NCBI GenBank assembly: GCA_043750125.1
Contig: JAYVCD010000151.1
Location: 1-18,308, forward strand
Origin: Archangiaceae bacterium
Lineage (GTDB): Bacteria > Myxococcota > Myxococcia > Myxococcales > Myxococcaceae
DNA: 18,308 nt
Direction of reading: 5' to 3'
In this document: positions 8,529 through 16,164 of the stretch, piece after piece
Layout of the letters: each line of letters begins with the position of its first letter
Numbering within the stretch: position 1 is the stretch's first letter
The notes under the pieces: model-generated
What the model saw: the letters and a program-made list of their open reading frames with translations, nothing else
Told to the model about the DNA's origin: nothing
The model's database searches: none
Position numbers and translations under genes: made by a program

Positions 8529-8977
8529 CAGCGATCCTTCAGCGACCAGTCGTACTTGATGAACGAGTTGTGCGGATCCATGCGCTCGATCTCTTTGGGG
8601 TCGTGGGGAATCGTTGCGCAGTTCACGACCAGGGCCGGCTTCACCCCCAGACCCTTGAACCCATTCCAGACACCGACCGGCACTTTGACCAGCGCGTGGT
8701 TGTCTTCGCCCAGGTAGATTTCCTGCAGCTCGCCCTTCGTCGGAGAGCCTTCACGCGAGTCGAAGAGGACGATTTTGATCATCCCCACCGGCACCGCGTA
8801 GTTGATCACCATCTCGCGGTGCAGGTGCCAGCCCTTGACGATGCCCGGGTAGACGGTCGAGAAGTAGACCTCGCCGAACTTTTCGAATTCGGGATCCGTC
8901 GACTTGAGAACGTGCATCACCTTGCCCCGATCGTCCGGGATGATGCGCCTGGGAGCGACGACGACGCCTGAGATCAT
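8528..8977 (-). CDS. Short RmlC-like cupin NDP-sugar 3,5-/5-epimerase (~149 aa)
   Basis: Motifs DDRG, GEVYFS, GIVKGWHLH, DSREGSPT.G, VPVGVWNGFKG, PHDP.E and YDW. TGATG coupling to the reductase. Start set at the ATG at 8977. Confidence 0.9.
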   Translation of the reverse strand: MISGVVVAPRRIIPDDRGKVMHVLKSTDPEFEKFGEVYFSTVYPGIVKGWHLHREMVINYAVPVGMIKIVLFDSREGSPTKGELQEIYLGEDNHALVKVPVGVWNGFKGLGVKPALVVNCATIPHDPKEIERMDPHNSFIKYDWSLKDR

Positions 8978-9078
8978 GCGGGGGGCAATAGCCAATGGGC
9001 CCCGCCGAATCAACGCGGGCCTGCGGCCTGCGGTCCTTGCTGGCAGGAACTACCGCTATCAGTTAAGTGCCGGCGCCC

Positions 9079-10068
9079 ATGGAGCCGATCAACGCTTCAG
9101 AACGCCCGCTGGTCACTGTCGTCTGCCCGGTCTTCAACGAAGAAAAGAGCGTTCCCCTTTTTTACGAGCGGTTGTTGCTGGCGTTGAAGGACATCGAACA
9201 GCAGGTCCGCTTCGAGTTCCTGTTCATCAACAACCGCAGCACCGACCGGACCCTCGAGACGATCAAGGACCTGCAGGCGAAGGACCCTCGCATCCGCTAC
9301 ATCACAATGAGCCGCAACTTCGGCTACCAGGCGTCGATCACCGCCGGGATGCGCCACGCGTCGGGTAACGCAGTGGTGAACATCGACGTCGATTGCGAAG
9401 ACCCGCCCGAGATGATCCCCCAGTTCATCGAACGCTGGCTCGCCGGAGCCGACGTGGTCTACGGGCTTCGCCACCAGCGCGAAGAATTTTTCCTGATGCA
9501 CTGGGCGCGCAAGGTCTTCTACCGCGTCACTCGCATGGTCTCGGATCACGAGATCGTCCTCGACATGGCCGAGTTCTTCCTCGTCGATCGCCGGGTGCGC
9601 GACTACGTGCTCTCGGGCCGAAGCACGTTTCCTTTCGTGCGCGGCCAGGTCGGGTACGTCGGCTTTCGGCGCGAGGGCATCGCCTACAAGCGCGAGCGCC
9701 GACTGGTCGGGCAGACGCACTACAACCTGCTCAGCGCGACCCGGTTTGGCGCGGCCGGAATTCTGTCCTCGTCGACGCTGGCGCTGCGGCTGCTCGCCTA
9801 CGTGGGCGGCACCGGCTTCGTCCTCAATCTGATCGGAGCCGCCTGGTTGGTCGCCGGGGGGGAGCGCACCGGCCTGACCTTGAGCGCCCGGCTGTTGATC
9901 GCACTGGCGGCAGTGCAAGTCGGGTGGATGCTGCTGGCCTTTGGGGTGGTCGGCATCTATCTGGCGCGGGTGTACAAAGACAACATCGGGCTGCCGCTCT
10001 ACGTGGTCGACGATCGGCTCTCGTCCCCGGCCACCCAGAAGCCCCGCGAGATGACCGTCCATGGCTGA
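9079..10068 (+). CDS. GT2 glycosyltransferase, GtrB/ArnC-like polyprenyl-phosphate sugar transferase
   Basis: Motifs VTVVCPVFNEE, STDRT, SRNFGYQASI.AG, DVDCEDPPE (DxD, cf. DADLQDPPE) and GADVVYG.R, with two C-terminal TM helices ending in GIYLARVY...PLYVV. Alternative GTG start at 9067. Confidence 0.92.
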   Translation: MEPINASERPLVTVVCPVFNEEKSVPLFYERLLLALKDIEQQVRFEFLFINNRSTDRTLETIKDLQAKDPRIRYITMSRNFGYQASITAGMRHASGNAVVNIDVDCEDPPEMIPQFIERWLAGADVVYGLRHQREEFFLMHWARKVFYRVTRMVSDHEIVLDMAEFFLVDRRVRDYVLSGRSTFPFVRGQVGYVGFRREGIAYKRERRLVGQTHYNLLSATRFGAAGILSSSTLALRLLAYVGGTGFVLNLIGAAWLVAGGERTGLTLSARLLIALAAVQVGWMLLAFGVVGIYLARVYKDNIGLPLYVVDDRLSSPATQKPREMTVHG

Positions 10069-10999
10069 GCTCGTTTGCCCGATGTGCAAGAGCGGTGGCT
10101 TCGAGCCGCTGTTCACGGCGGCCAACGGTTTTCCGATTGTCCGCTGCCAACAGTGTCAGCTCGCGTTCTCTGACGACCGCAACTCGCCTCGGCCCGACCA
10201 GCTGTACCCGCCGTTCGATCAGTCGGCCTCGCTTGCCTTAGATTCGCTGCGGTCGGCGCTGGCGGTTTTCCTGCGCCAACGCGAAGGGGTCGTCAAACGC
10301 TTCAAACAGTCGGGCCGATTGCTCGACTACGGCTGTGGCGCGGGAGCCTTCGCCCGGTGGATGGCGCAACACGGCTTCGAGTCGGTCGGCCTCGAACCGT
10401 TCAGCCTGTGCGAGCCCCAAGAAGAGCCGAACCTGAAGCTGGTGCGCGCTCCGCTCGAAGAGGCTGAACGAAACCTGGGCAAGTTCGACGTGATTACGTT
10501 GTGGCACGTGCTCGAGCATCTGCACGAGCCGGTCGACGTGCTGACCCGGCTGAGCAAGCTGCTCACCCCCGACGGAGTGTTGATCGTCGCGGTGCCGAAC
10601 TTTTCCAGCTGGCAAAGCACGCTGTTCAAGGGGGCCTGGTTCCACCTCGATCCTCCGCGCCATTTGCTGCAGTTCGAGCCCGAGACCCTCGCTGAGTGCC
10701 TGAGCCGGGCGGGCCTGGCCACCGTCGGCGAAGTCCGCTTTCTTCCCGAGTACGGCAGCTCGGGTTGGATTCAGAGCACCCTGAACCAGGTGCTTCCGCA
10801 CACGAACTTTCTGTACGAGCTGGTCAAAGACCGCGGGGCGCTGAAGCAGATGAGCGGCCTGAGCCAGGCGTTGCACCTGGCCGGTTCGATGGTGCTGGGC
10901 GCTCCGGTGTTCGCCGCGTCCGTTCCGCTCGAAGTCGCGGCGGCGACCTGGAAAAAACAGGCGGCGTTGACCTGGTGCACCCGCCCGATTTCTCGCTGA
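10061..10999 (+). CDS. Class I SAM-dependent methyltransferase with an N-terminal CxxC...CxxC Zn ribbon (312 aa)
   Basis: CPMC...CQQC, LLDYGCGAG, FDVITLWHVLEHL, AVPN, WFHLDPPRHL and a hydrophobic C-terminal segment. Overlaps the GT2 gene by 8 nt. Confidence 0.9.
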   Translation: MAELVCPMCKSGGFEPLFTAANGFPIVRCQQCQLAFSDDRNSPRPDQLYPPFDQSASLALDSLRSALAVFLRQREGVVKRFKQSGRLLDYGCGAGAFARWMAQHGFESVGLEPFSLCEPQEEPNLKLVRAPLEEAERNLGKFDVITLWHVLEHLHEPVDVLTRLSKLLTPDGVLIVAVPNFSSWQSTLFKGAWFHLDPPRHLLQFEPETLAECLSRAGLATVGEVRFLPEYGSSGWIQSTLNQVLPHTNFLYELVKDRGALKQMSGLSQALHLAGSMVLGAPVFAASVPLEVAAATWKKQAALTWCTRPISR

Positions 11000-11013
11000 G
11001 GCCTTTGCCCCAA

Positions 11014-12192
11014 ATGGAAATGACCATTCCCCCCACCCCGATCCCGACCCCGACGCTGGGCCGAAGAGTCCGGCAGCGGGTCGAGCTGTGGTTTGAAACC
11101 TACGGAACGTTTCCCCTGGTGCTCTGGGTGGGCACCCGCCTGGCCTACATGGGAATGTCGGTCGTCGGCCTCGCGCTGATTCCCACGCTCTATTACCACC
11201 CGGATCTCCGACAAAAATTTCTCGAGCCCTACCCCGCCCTCGACGGACTGTGTCGGTGGGACTGCGGGTGGATGGTCACCGTGGTGAAGGACGGCTACAG
11301 CACCGCAGAGAACGCGAAAATCTTTCCGCTGTTTCCGCTGATTGGGTGGGCGGTCGAACGGGTCACCGGAATTCACCACCTGCTGGTGTTCCTGCTGGTC
11401 TCGAACCTCGCCGCGCTTGCGGCGTACTACCTCATCTTCCACTTGTTCCGGCAGTTGGAAGGAGAGCAGTCGGCCCGCTGGGCCCTGGGGCTGTTGGTCG
11501 CCTATCCGTTCGCCTACTTCCAGGCCCAGGCGCAGCCCGAGTCGCTGATGATGCTCTTGACCGCGGCCAGCCTGCTGCTCGCCTTTCGCGGCCAGCACAT
11601 CTGGGCTGGGGTGCTGCTCGGGCTGGGGGTGATGGCCCGGCACGTCGCGATTTTCTATGGCCCGGCGCTCTTGATCGCGCAGATCAAACAGCGCGGCTTT
11701 CGAAAGTTTCTCTGGAGCCCGTCGGTGTTCGGGCTGGTCGTGCCCTTTCTATTCGTCGGCGCTTTCGCCTGGTACCTGAAGGTCAAGGTCGGAGATCCGC
11801 TCGCGTTCTGGAACGCCCGCACCATCGGCTGGGGAGACCTCGTCTGGTATGGCTGGCTTCAAATCTTGAAGAACATTCCGTACAGCGATCGGCCCGAATT
11901 TTACTTCTTCATGATCACCGGCCTCATTCCCTGGGTGGGAGCGATCGCCCTGGCCACGAAGAAGCACTGGTGGGAACTGGCGGCGGCGGCGATCACCTCG
12001 ATGGTGATCTTCTACTCGGGAGGAGTCGCGACCGGGCTGGGCCGTTACACCGCGAGTGTCTGGCCCGCGTTCTTGCCCCTGGGGATATACGTCGCCAATC
12101 GGCCAGCGCTGCAGATCCCGCTGATCATCGCGTTCTCGCTGTTTCAGGGTCTGTATTTTTTCATGTTCTCGCACCAATTCAGGGTCTTTTGA
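11014..12192 (+). CDS. PIG-V-like (Mannosyl_trans2-type) GT-C membrane glycosyltransferase (~392 aa)
   Basis: RWDCGW...GY (cf. RWDxxWY), FPLFPL, SNLA, YPFAYF...PESL, a GDPLAF...W loop, GRY and multiple TM segments. Start set at ATG 11014 (or 11020), after the methyltransferase stop. Confidence 0.8.
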   Translation: MEMTIPPTPIPTPTLGRRVRQRVELWFETYGTFPLVLWVGTRLAYMGMSVVGLALIPTLYYHPDLRQKFLEPYPALDGLCRWDCGWMVTVVKDGYSTAENAKIFPLFPLIGWAVERVTGIHHLLVFLLVSNLAALAAYYLIFHLFRQLEGEQSARWALGLLVAYPFAYFQAQAQPESLMMLLTAASLLLAFRGQHIWAGVLLGLGVMARHVAIFYGPALLIAQIKQRGFRKFLWSPSVFGLVVPFLFVGAFAWYLKVKVGDPLAFWNARTIGWGDLVWYGWLQILKNIPYSDRPEFYFFMITGLIPWVGAIALATKKHWWELAAAAITSMVIFYSGGVATGLGRYTASVWPAFLPLGIYVANRPALQIPLIIAFSLFQGLYFFMFSHQFRVF

Positions 12193-12201
12193 CCTCAGGC
12201 C

Positions 12202-13992
12202 GTGATGACCGCCCCCGCTGAACTGCCTTCTTCCCTGCTCGAACGCGCCCGCCGGACGATTGTCGCCTCGCCGTGGATCCCCGCGTTGGGGATCTTTCTT
12301 CTCGCGCTTCTGGTGGTGCAGCCGTGGGGCAACTACGCGCTCAACGACGACTGGACGTACTCCCATGTCGCGAAGCGTTTTGCCGAAACGGGGGTCTTGA
12401 AGATCGACACCCCGGTGGTGGCCAATACGGTCGGGCAGTCGATGCTCGCGGCGCCGGTGATCGTGATCTTCGGCTTTTCGTTCGTGGCCCTGCGGCTCTA
12501 CACCATGGCTCTGGCGCTGCTGTGCCTGTGGCTGGTGGACCGGGTTCTGCGGGTCGTCGCGCCTGAGCCTGCAGTGCGAATCGCCGCGCTGCTGTTGCTG
12601 GGGCTGAACCCGATTTTCTTCTACTCGTCGTTGACGTTCATGACCGAAATCTACGGGTGGCTGCCGGGCCTGAGTGCGGCAGCGCTGTGGTTCTGGGACC
12701 GGCAGCGGCGAGGTCCGGACGAGCGCGTCGTCGCCTGGTGGGTGGCGGCGGTGTGCGGCCTGCTCGGCGCTTTCCCCTTCTGGATCCGGCAGCCGTGCGT
12801 GGTGATCTACGCGGCGATCATCGGAGGAACCCTGGGACGGATGATCCTCAACCGCGACTGGCGCGGGCTGCGACGCGCGCTGCCGGTGGTCGGGGTGGGG
12901 GCCGCGGTCTTCCTCGCGACGGTCGCCTTGTTCTTCTACTGGGCGATCTCTTCGGGAAATTTCCCCTTCGAGTTCCAGAAGCGCCTTCCCAACCTCCTGC
13001 GCTTCGATTCCACCACGTGGATCATGCAGTCGGGAGCGGCCGTCTTCTACCAGACCGCCTACTTCCTCCCCTTCCTGCTGCTGCTGTGGTGGCCGAGGGT
13101 GAGCGCGTGGAAGCGCACCGCGATTGCTTCGCTGGTGGTGTTCGGGCTGGCCTTCTGGGCGCGCGACCTGTTCGAGCGCATCGGAGGCAACGACTACGGC
13201 CACGGCATGATGTGGGCCCACAAGTCGTTCCCGTTCTTGATGAACATCATCTACGCCGGAGGCATCGGGCCGATCACCGTGTCCGACGTCTTCTGGAGCG
13301 GCCAGCCCGGCCCCCATTGGCCCGTGGGCTTCACCAAATCGATCGAGTATTTCCTGCTCGCCGCGACGCTGCTGTGGGGCCCGCTGATCGTCGCGGCCGG
13401 AACGGGGCTGCGCCGCATCCTGGCCTCGGTGGGCGCCGAGGTGCTGCTGTTCGCGATGTTGCTGCCAATCGTCGGCCTCTCTTCAATCATTCAAGGGCAC
13501 CAGAACGAGCTGCTCGATCGCTACCAGATGCCGTTGATCTTGGGCTTTGCGGTGCTGCTGCCGGCCACAGTGGCCATCCACTTCCGCAATGGCAGTTCCT
13601 CTGTGTTCAATTGGCGCCGCGGGCTGACATTCGGGCTGACGTTTCTTCCGATCGCCGTGTTTTCAGTCGGTGGGCTGCACGACATGTTTCGCTGGAACGA
13701 CGCCCGGTGGGAATTGGTCGCAGAAGGCTATCGGCAGGGCGCGACGCTCTCGACGCTGGAAGCCGGCTTCGAGTCGAGCTGCTGGTACCGCGAAGAAGGC
13801 ATGACCGCGGACCACAAGGGCTGTGGTGAGACCTGTTCATGCTCGTACTTCGCCGCGTGCTGCCTGGACGATCGCTGGCGGGTGGGCATGTCCGTTCTTC
13901 CCGGGTACACCCCACTGAAGGAAATCAAGCCGAGCTGGTGGTTGGTCGACGGGCCGTCTCTTCACCTCTCGAGCCGCCCCAGCCAGCCCTAA
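12202..13992 (+). CDS. GT-C fold (ArnT/PMT_2-like) polytopic membrane glycosyltransferase (596 aa)
   Basis: The N-terminal TM is followed by the acidic motif NDDWTY. Other motifs are FGFSFVALR, NPIFF.SS.TFMTE, IRQ and DRY. Many TM segments and a Cys-rich C-terminal loop. Confidence 0.78.
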   Translation: MMTAPAELPSSLLERARRTIVASPWIPALGIFLLALLVVQPWGNYALNDDWTYSHVAKRFAETGVLKIDTPVVANTVGQSMLAAPVIVIFGFSFVALRLYTMALALLCLWLVDRVLRVVAPEPAVRIAALLLLGLNPIFFYSSLTFMTEIYGWLPGLSAAALWFWDRQRRGPDERVVAWWVAAVCGLLGAFPFWIRQPCVVIYAAIIGGTLGRMILNRDWRGLRRALPVVGVGAAVFLATVALFFYWAISSGNFPFEFQKRLPNLLRFDSTTWIMQSGAAVFYQTAYFLPFLLLLWWPRVSAWKRTAIASLVVFGLAFWARDLFERIGGNDYGHGMMWAHKSFPFLMNIIYAGGIGPITVSDVFWSGQPGPHWPVGFTKSIEYFLLAATLLWGPLIVAAGTGLRRILASVGAEVLLFAMLLPIVGLSSIIQGHQNELLDRYQMPLILGFAVLLPATVAIHFRNGSSSVFNWRRGLTFGLTFLPIAVFSVGGLHDMFRWNDARWELVAEGYRQGATLSTLEAGFESSCWYREEGMTADHKGCGETCSCSYFAACCLDDRWRVGMSVLPGYTPLKEIKPSWWLVDGPSLHLSSRPSQP

Positions 13993-14018
13993 CCCCCACG
14001 TCTCTGCTCTCGCCCATC

Positions 14019-15494
14019 ATGCGTTCATTTGTCGATCGGCTCAGTTCCTTCGCAGCGCCTTCAGATCGTTGGATTGCCGCAATCGGCTGCGCGGGTGCGG
14101 CCATCGGCCTGGGGTACGCGCTGCAGATTTCCAACGGCACCATCCACCCCGAGGCGATCACGCTTCTGATTGTCGCGCTGGTGCTGGCGGGGATCTCCGT
14201 CGCGCACCCTCGACTGGGGCTGGTCGAGCGCTGGGGCGAACCGACGGCCGTCGCGGTGCTCGGCGCGGGGTTGATCCTGGGCGTCTTCGTTCATCTGACG
14301 ACCTCGCCCGGCTCGTATCTGCAGGTCGGCCCTGACGGCTATGTAAGGCACCACCAGTGGGTGGCGGCGATGGCAGTTTTGGCTGGGGCGGGACTCTCGA
14401 AGACCCCGTGGCTTGGGCCCGCTCGAACGATGTTGTTTCTGGCGGTGGGCTTCCTGCTCGGCCTCTGGCTGCTGAGCGCGTCGCCCAACCCCACCATCGA
14501 CGTGTTTGTGTGGCATCGGGAAGCCTACGAAGCCGTGCGTCACGGGGTGAGTCCCTACGCGATCACAATTCCAAACATCTACGGCAGGACCGAGTGGTAC
14601 GCGCCCGGGTTGGCCGATGCGACGCGGGTCTTTGTCGGGTACCCCTACCCTCCGTTGACTCTGGCCCTGGGCGCGTTCGGGCAACTTGCCGCCAATGACT
14701 ATCGTTACGCCAACTTGGGCGCGCTGATCCTCTCTGCCGGCCTGATTGCCTTCTCGCGCCCCGGCAGAATTGCCCCCGCGGCCGCCGCGATTCTCTTGCT
14801 TTCACCCCGAAGTCTGTTCGTGCTCGAACAAGGCTGGACGGAATCCACGGCAATTCTGGCGTTTTCGGTCACGGTCTTCTGTGCCTGCCGGACCCCCCGG
14901 GTGCTCCCCTGGGCGTTTGGGGCGATGCTCGCGACCAAGCAGTACTTCGTTCTCTGCGCTCCGCTGGCGTTTTTGCTGATGCCGCCCCCGCTCACCCTTC
15001 GCAGCGCGATCGCCTTTGCGTGGCGGGCAATGCTGGTCCCGGTGGTCTTGACCCTTCCTTTCGTTCTCTGGAGCCCAAAGGCTTTCTTCGATTCGGTGGT
15101 CTTGTTTCAGGTGCTGCAGCCCTACCGAGCCGATTCGCTGAGCTTCCTCGCCTGGACCATGGTCAACGGAGTGCCCCGTATTCCGCTGTGGGCCGGGTTC
15201 GCTGCGTTGATCCCCGCCTACCTGCTGGCACTCTTCCGGGCCCCTCGAACACCGTTTGGCTTCGCCGCTGCTTCCGGTTTGATGTTTCTGATGTTCTTCG
15301 CTTTTTCGAAGCAGGCGTTCTGCAATTACTATTTTCTGATCGTGGGGGTGCTCTGTGCGGCTGTGGGGGCCGCGAACCCTGCTCCAGCTGCCGAGGCTGC
15401 GAAGCCCGCTTCAATCGAAGCGGCGCCTACCGCGGGGGTCGAACCGATTTCTGCTTCCACGGCGGGTAGCGAAACGCAGATCGCACTGTCCTGA
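14019..15494 (+). CDS. Polytopic membrane protein, probable GT-C glycosyltransferase (GT87/DUF2029-like), ~491 aa
   Basis: PTIDVF, YPYPP, DYRY, EQGWTE, ATKQY and FCNYY motifs separated by TM segments. Start set at ATG 14019 (MRSFVD), downstream of the previous stop. Confidence 0.68.
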   Translation: MRSFVDRLSSFAAPSDRWIAAIGCAGAAIGLGYALQISNGTIHPEAITLLIVALVLAGISVAHPRLGLVERWGEPTAVAVLGAGLILGVFVHLTTSPGSYLQVGPDGYVRHHQWVAAMAVLAGAGLSKTPWLGPARTMLFLAVGFLLGLWLLSASPNPTIDVFVWHREAYEAVRHGVSPYAITIPNIYGRTEWYAPGLADATRVFVGYPYPPLTLALGAFGQLAANDYRYANLGALILSAGLIAFSRPGRIAPAAAAILLLSPRSLFVLEQGWTESTAILAFSVTVFCACRTPRVLPWAFGAMLATKQYFVLCAPLAFLLMPPPLTLRSAIAFAWRAMLVPVVLTLPFVLWSPKAFFDSVVLFQVLQPYRADSLSFLAWTMVNGVPRIPLWAGFAALIPAYLLALFRAPRTPFGFAAASGLMFLMFFAFSKQAFCNYYFLIVGVLCAAVGAANPAPAAEAAKPASIEAAPTAGVEPISASTAGSETQIALS

Positions 15495-16149
15495 AGGTGT
15501 ACTTGAATAGATCGGGGACATTGACCGACGAGCTGTCTTCCTCGTAGCGCACCGGGCAAGGCACTTCGCCCACTCGAAAACCCTTCGCAACGGCATCCAT
15601 CAAGATGTCGCTTGCGAAAGCGTGGGTGTCGCTGAAGGTCGCCAGCGGCACAGTGCGAATCACTGATTTGGAATAGGCCCGCATTCCGCTGTGCCACTCG
15701 CCAAAAGCAGTTCCAAACCAAAGATTCTCAAACAGGGTCAGCGTGCGGTTTCCCAGCCACCGGTACACCTGCATTCCTCCGCTCAAGGCTTCTTCGCGGG
15801 TGCGGATCCGGTTGCCCTGAATGAGGTCGTAGTGGCCGCGCGCGATGTATTCGATCATCAAATCGGCCAACGAAGGCTCGTATTGAAAGTCCCCGTGGAT
15901 CTCGATCGCGACATCGCCCCCTTCGTCGAGAAATACCTGGAACAGGCGCTTGAGGTTGCCCCCGTACCCCACGTTTTTCTCGTGGGTGATGCAGCGCACT
16001 CCCAGCTTGCGCGCGACCTCGGCGGTGCCGTCGGTGCTCTGGTTGTCGCCCACGATCACATGCGGCTTGAGTGAATCCGGAAGGGCGTTAAAGGTCTTGG
16101 CGAGCGTCTTCTCGACGTTGTACGCAAGAATCATCACGACCGGTTTCAT
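15427..16149 (-). CDS. GT2 glycosyltransferase, DPM-synthase-like with no obvious TM (~240 aa)
   Basis: Motifs MILAYNVEKTL, DNQSTDGT, H.KN.GYGGN.K, HGDFQY, GNR, EWHSGMRAYS and EVPCPVRY...SS.N. Start set at ATG 16149. Confidence 0.9.
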   Translation of the reverse strand: MKPVVMILAYNVEKTLAKTFNALPDSLKPHVIVGDNQSTDGTAEVARKLGVRCITHEKNVGYGGNLKRLFQVFLDEGGDVAIEIHGDFQYEPSLADLMIEYIARGHYDLIQGNRIRTREEALSGGMQVYRWLGNRTLTLFENLWFGTAFGEWHSGMRAYSKSVIRTVPLATFSDTHAFASDILMDAVAKGFRVGEVPCPVRYEEDSSSVNVPDLFKYTFRTVRSAFRYPPWKQKSVRPPR

Positions 16150-16164
16150 GGGGGCGGTGTACCC

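Noticed and set aside
9037..9066. Possible sigma70 or sigma54 promoter in the divergent spacer (TTGCTG...TATCAG; TGGCA...GC)
   Set aside because: The spacing is wrong: 14 nt between the putative -35 and -10, and GG-N11-GC rather than GG-N10-GC.
10696..11013. N-terminal extensions given by the ORF track (also 7663-7857, 13839-14018, 16150-16281, 5656-5691, 2337-2435)
   Set aside because: Most overlap adjacent well-supported genes (2337-2435 instead covers the promoter region), and family-like sequence begins only at the downstream starts I chose.
11749..13317. Long antisense or alternate-frame ORFs (e.g. 11749..13317 -, 2947..4422 -, 2589..4211 +, 6424..7893 +, 217..1116 -, 16995..18248 -)
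   Set aside because: They shadow genes that have clear family motifs, have atypical composition (rich in Arg/Gly/His/Gln) with no recognisable motifs, and are expected by-products of high-GC codon usage.
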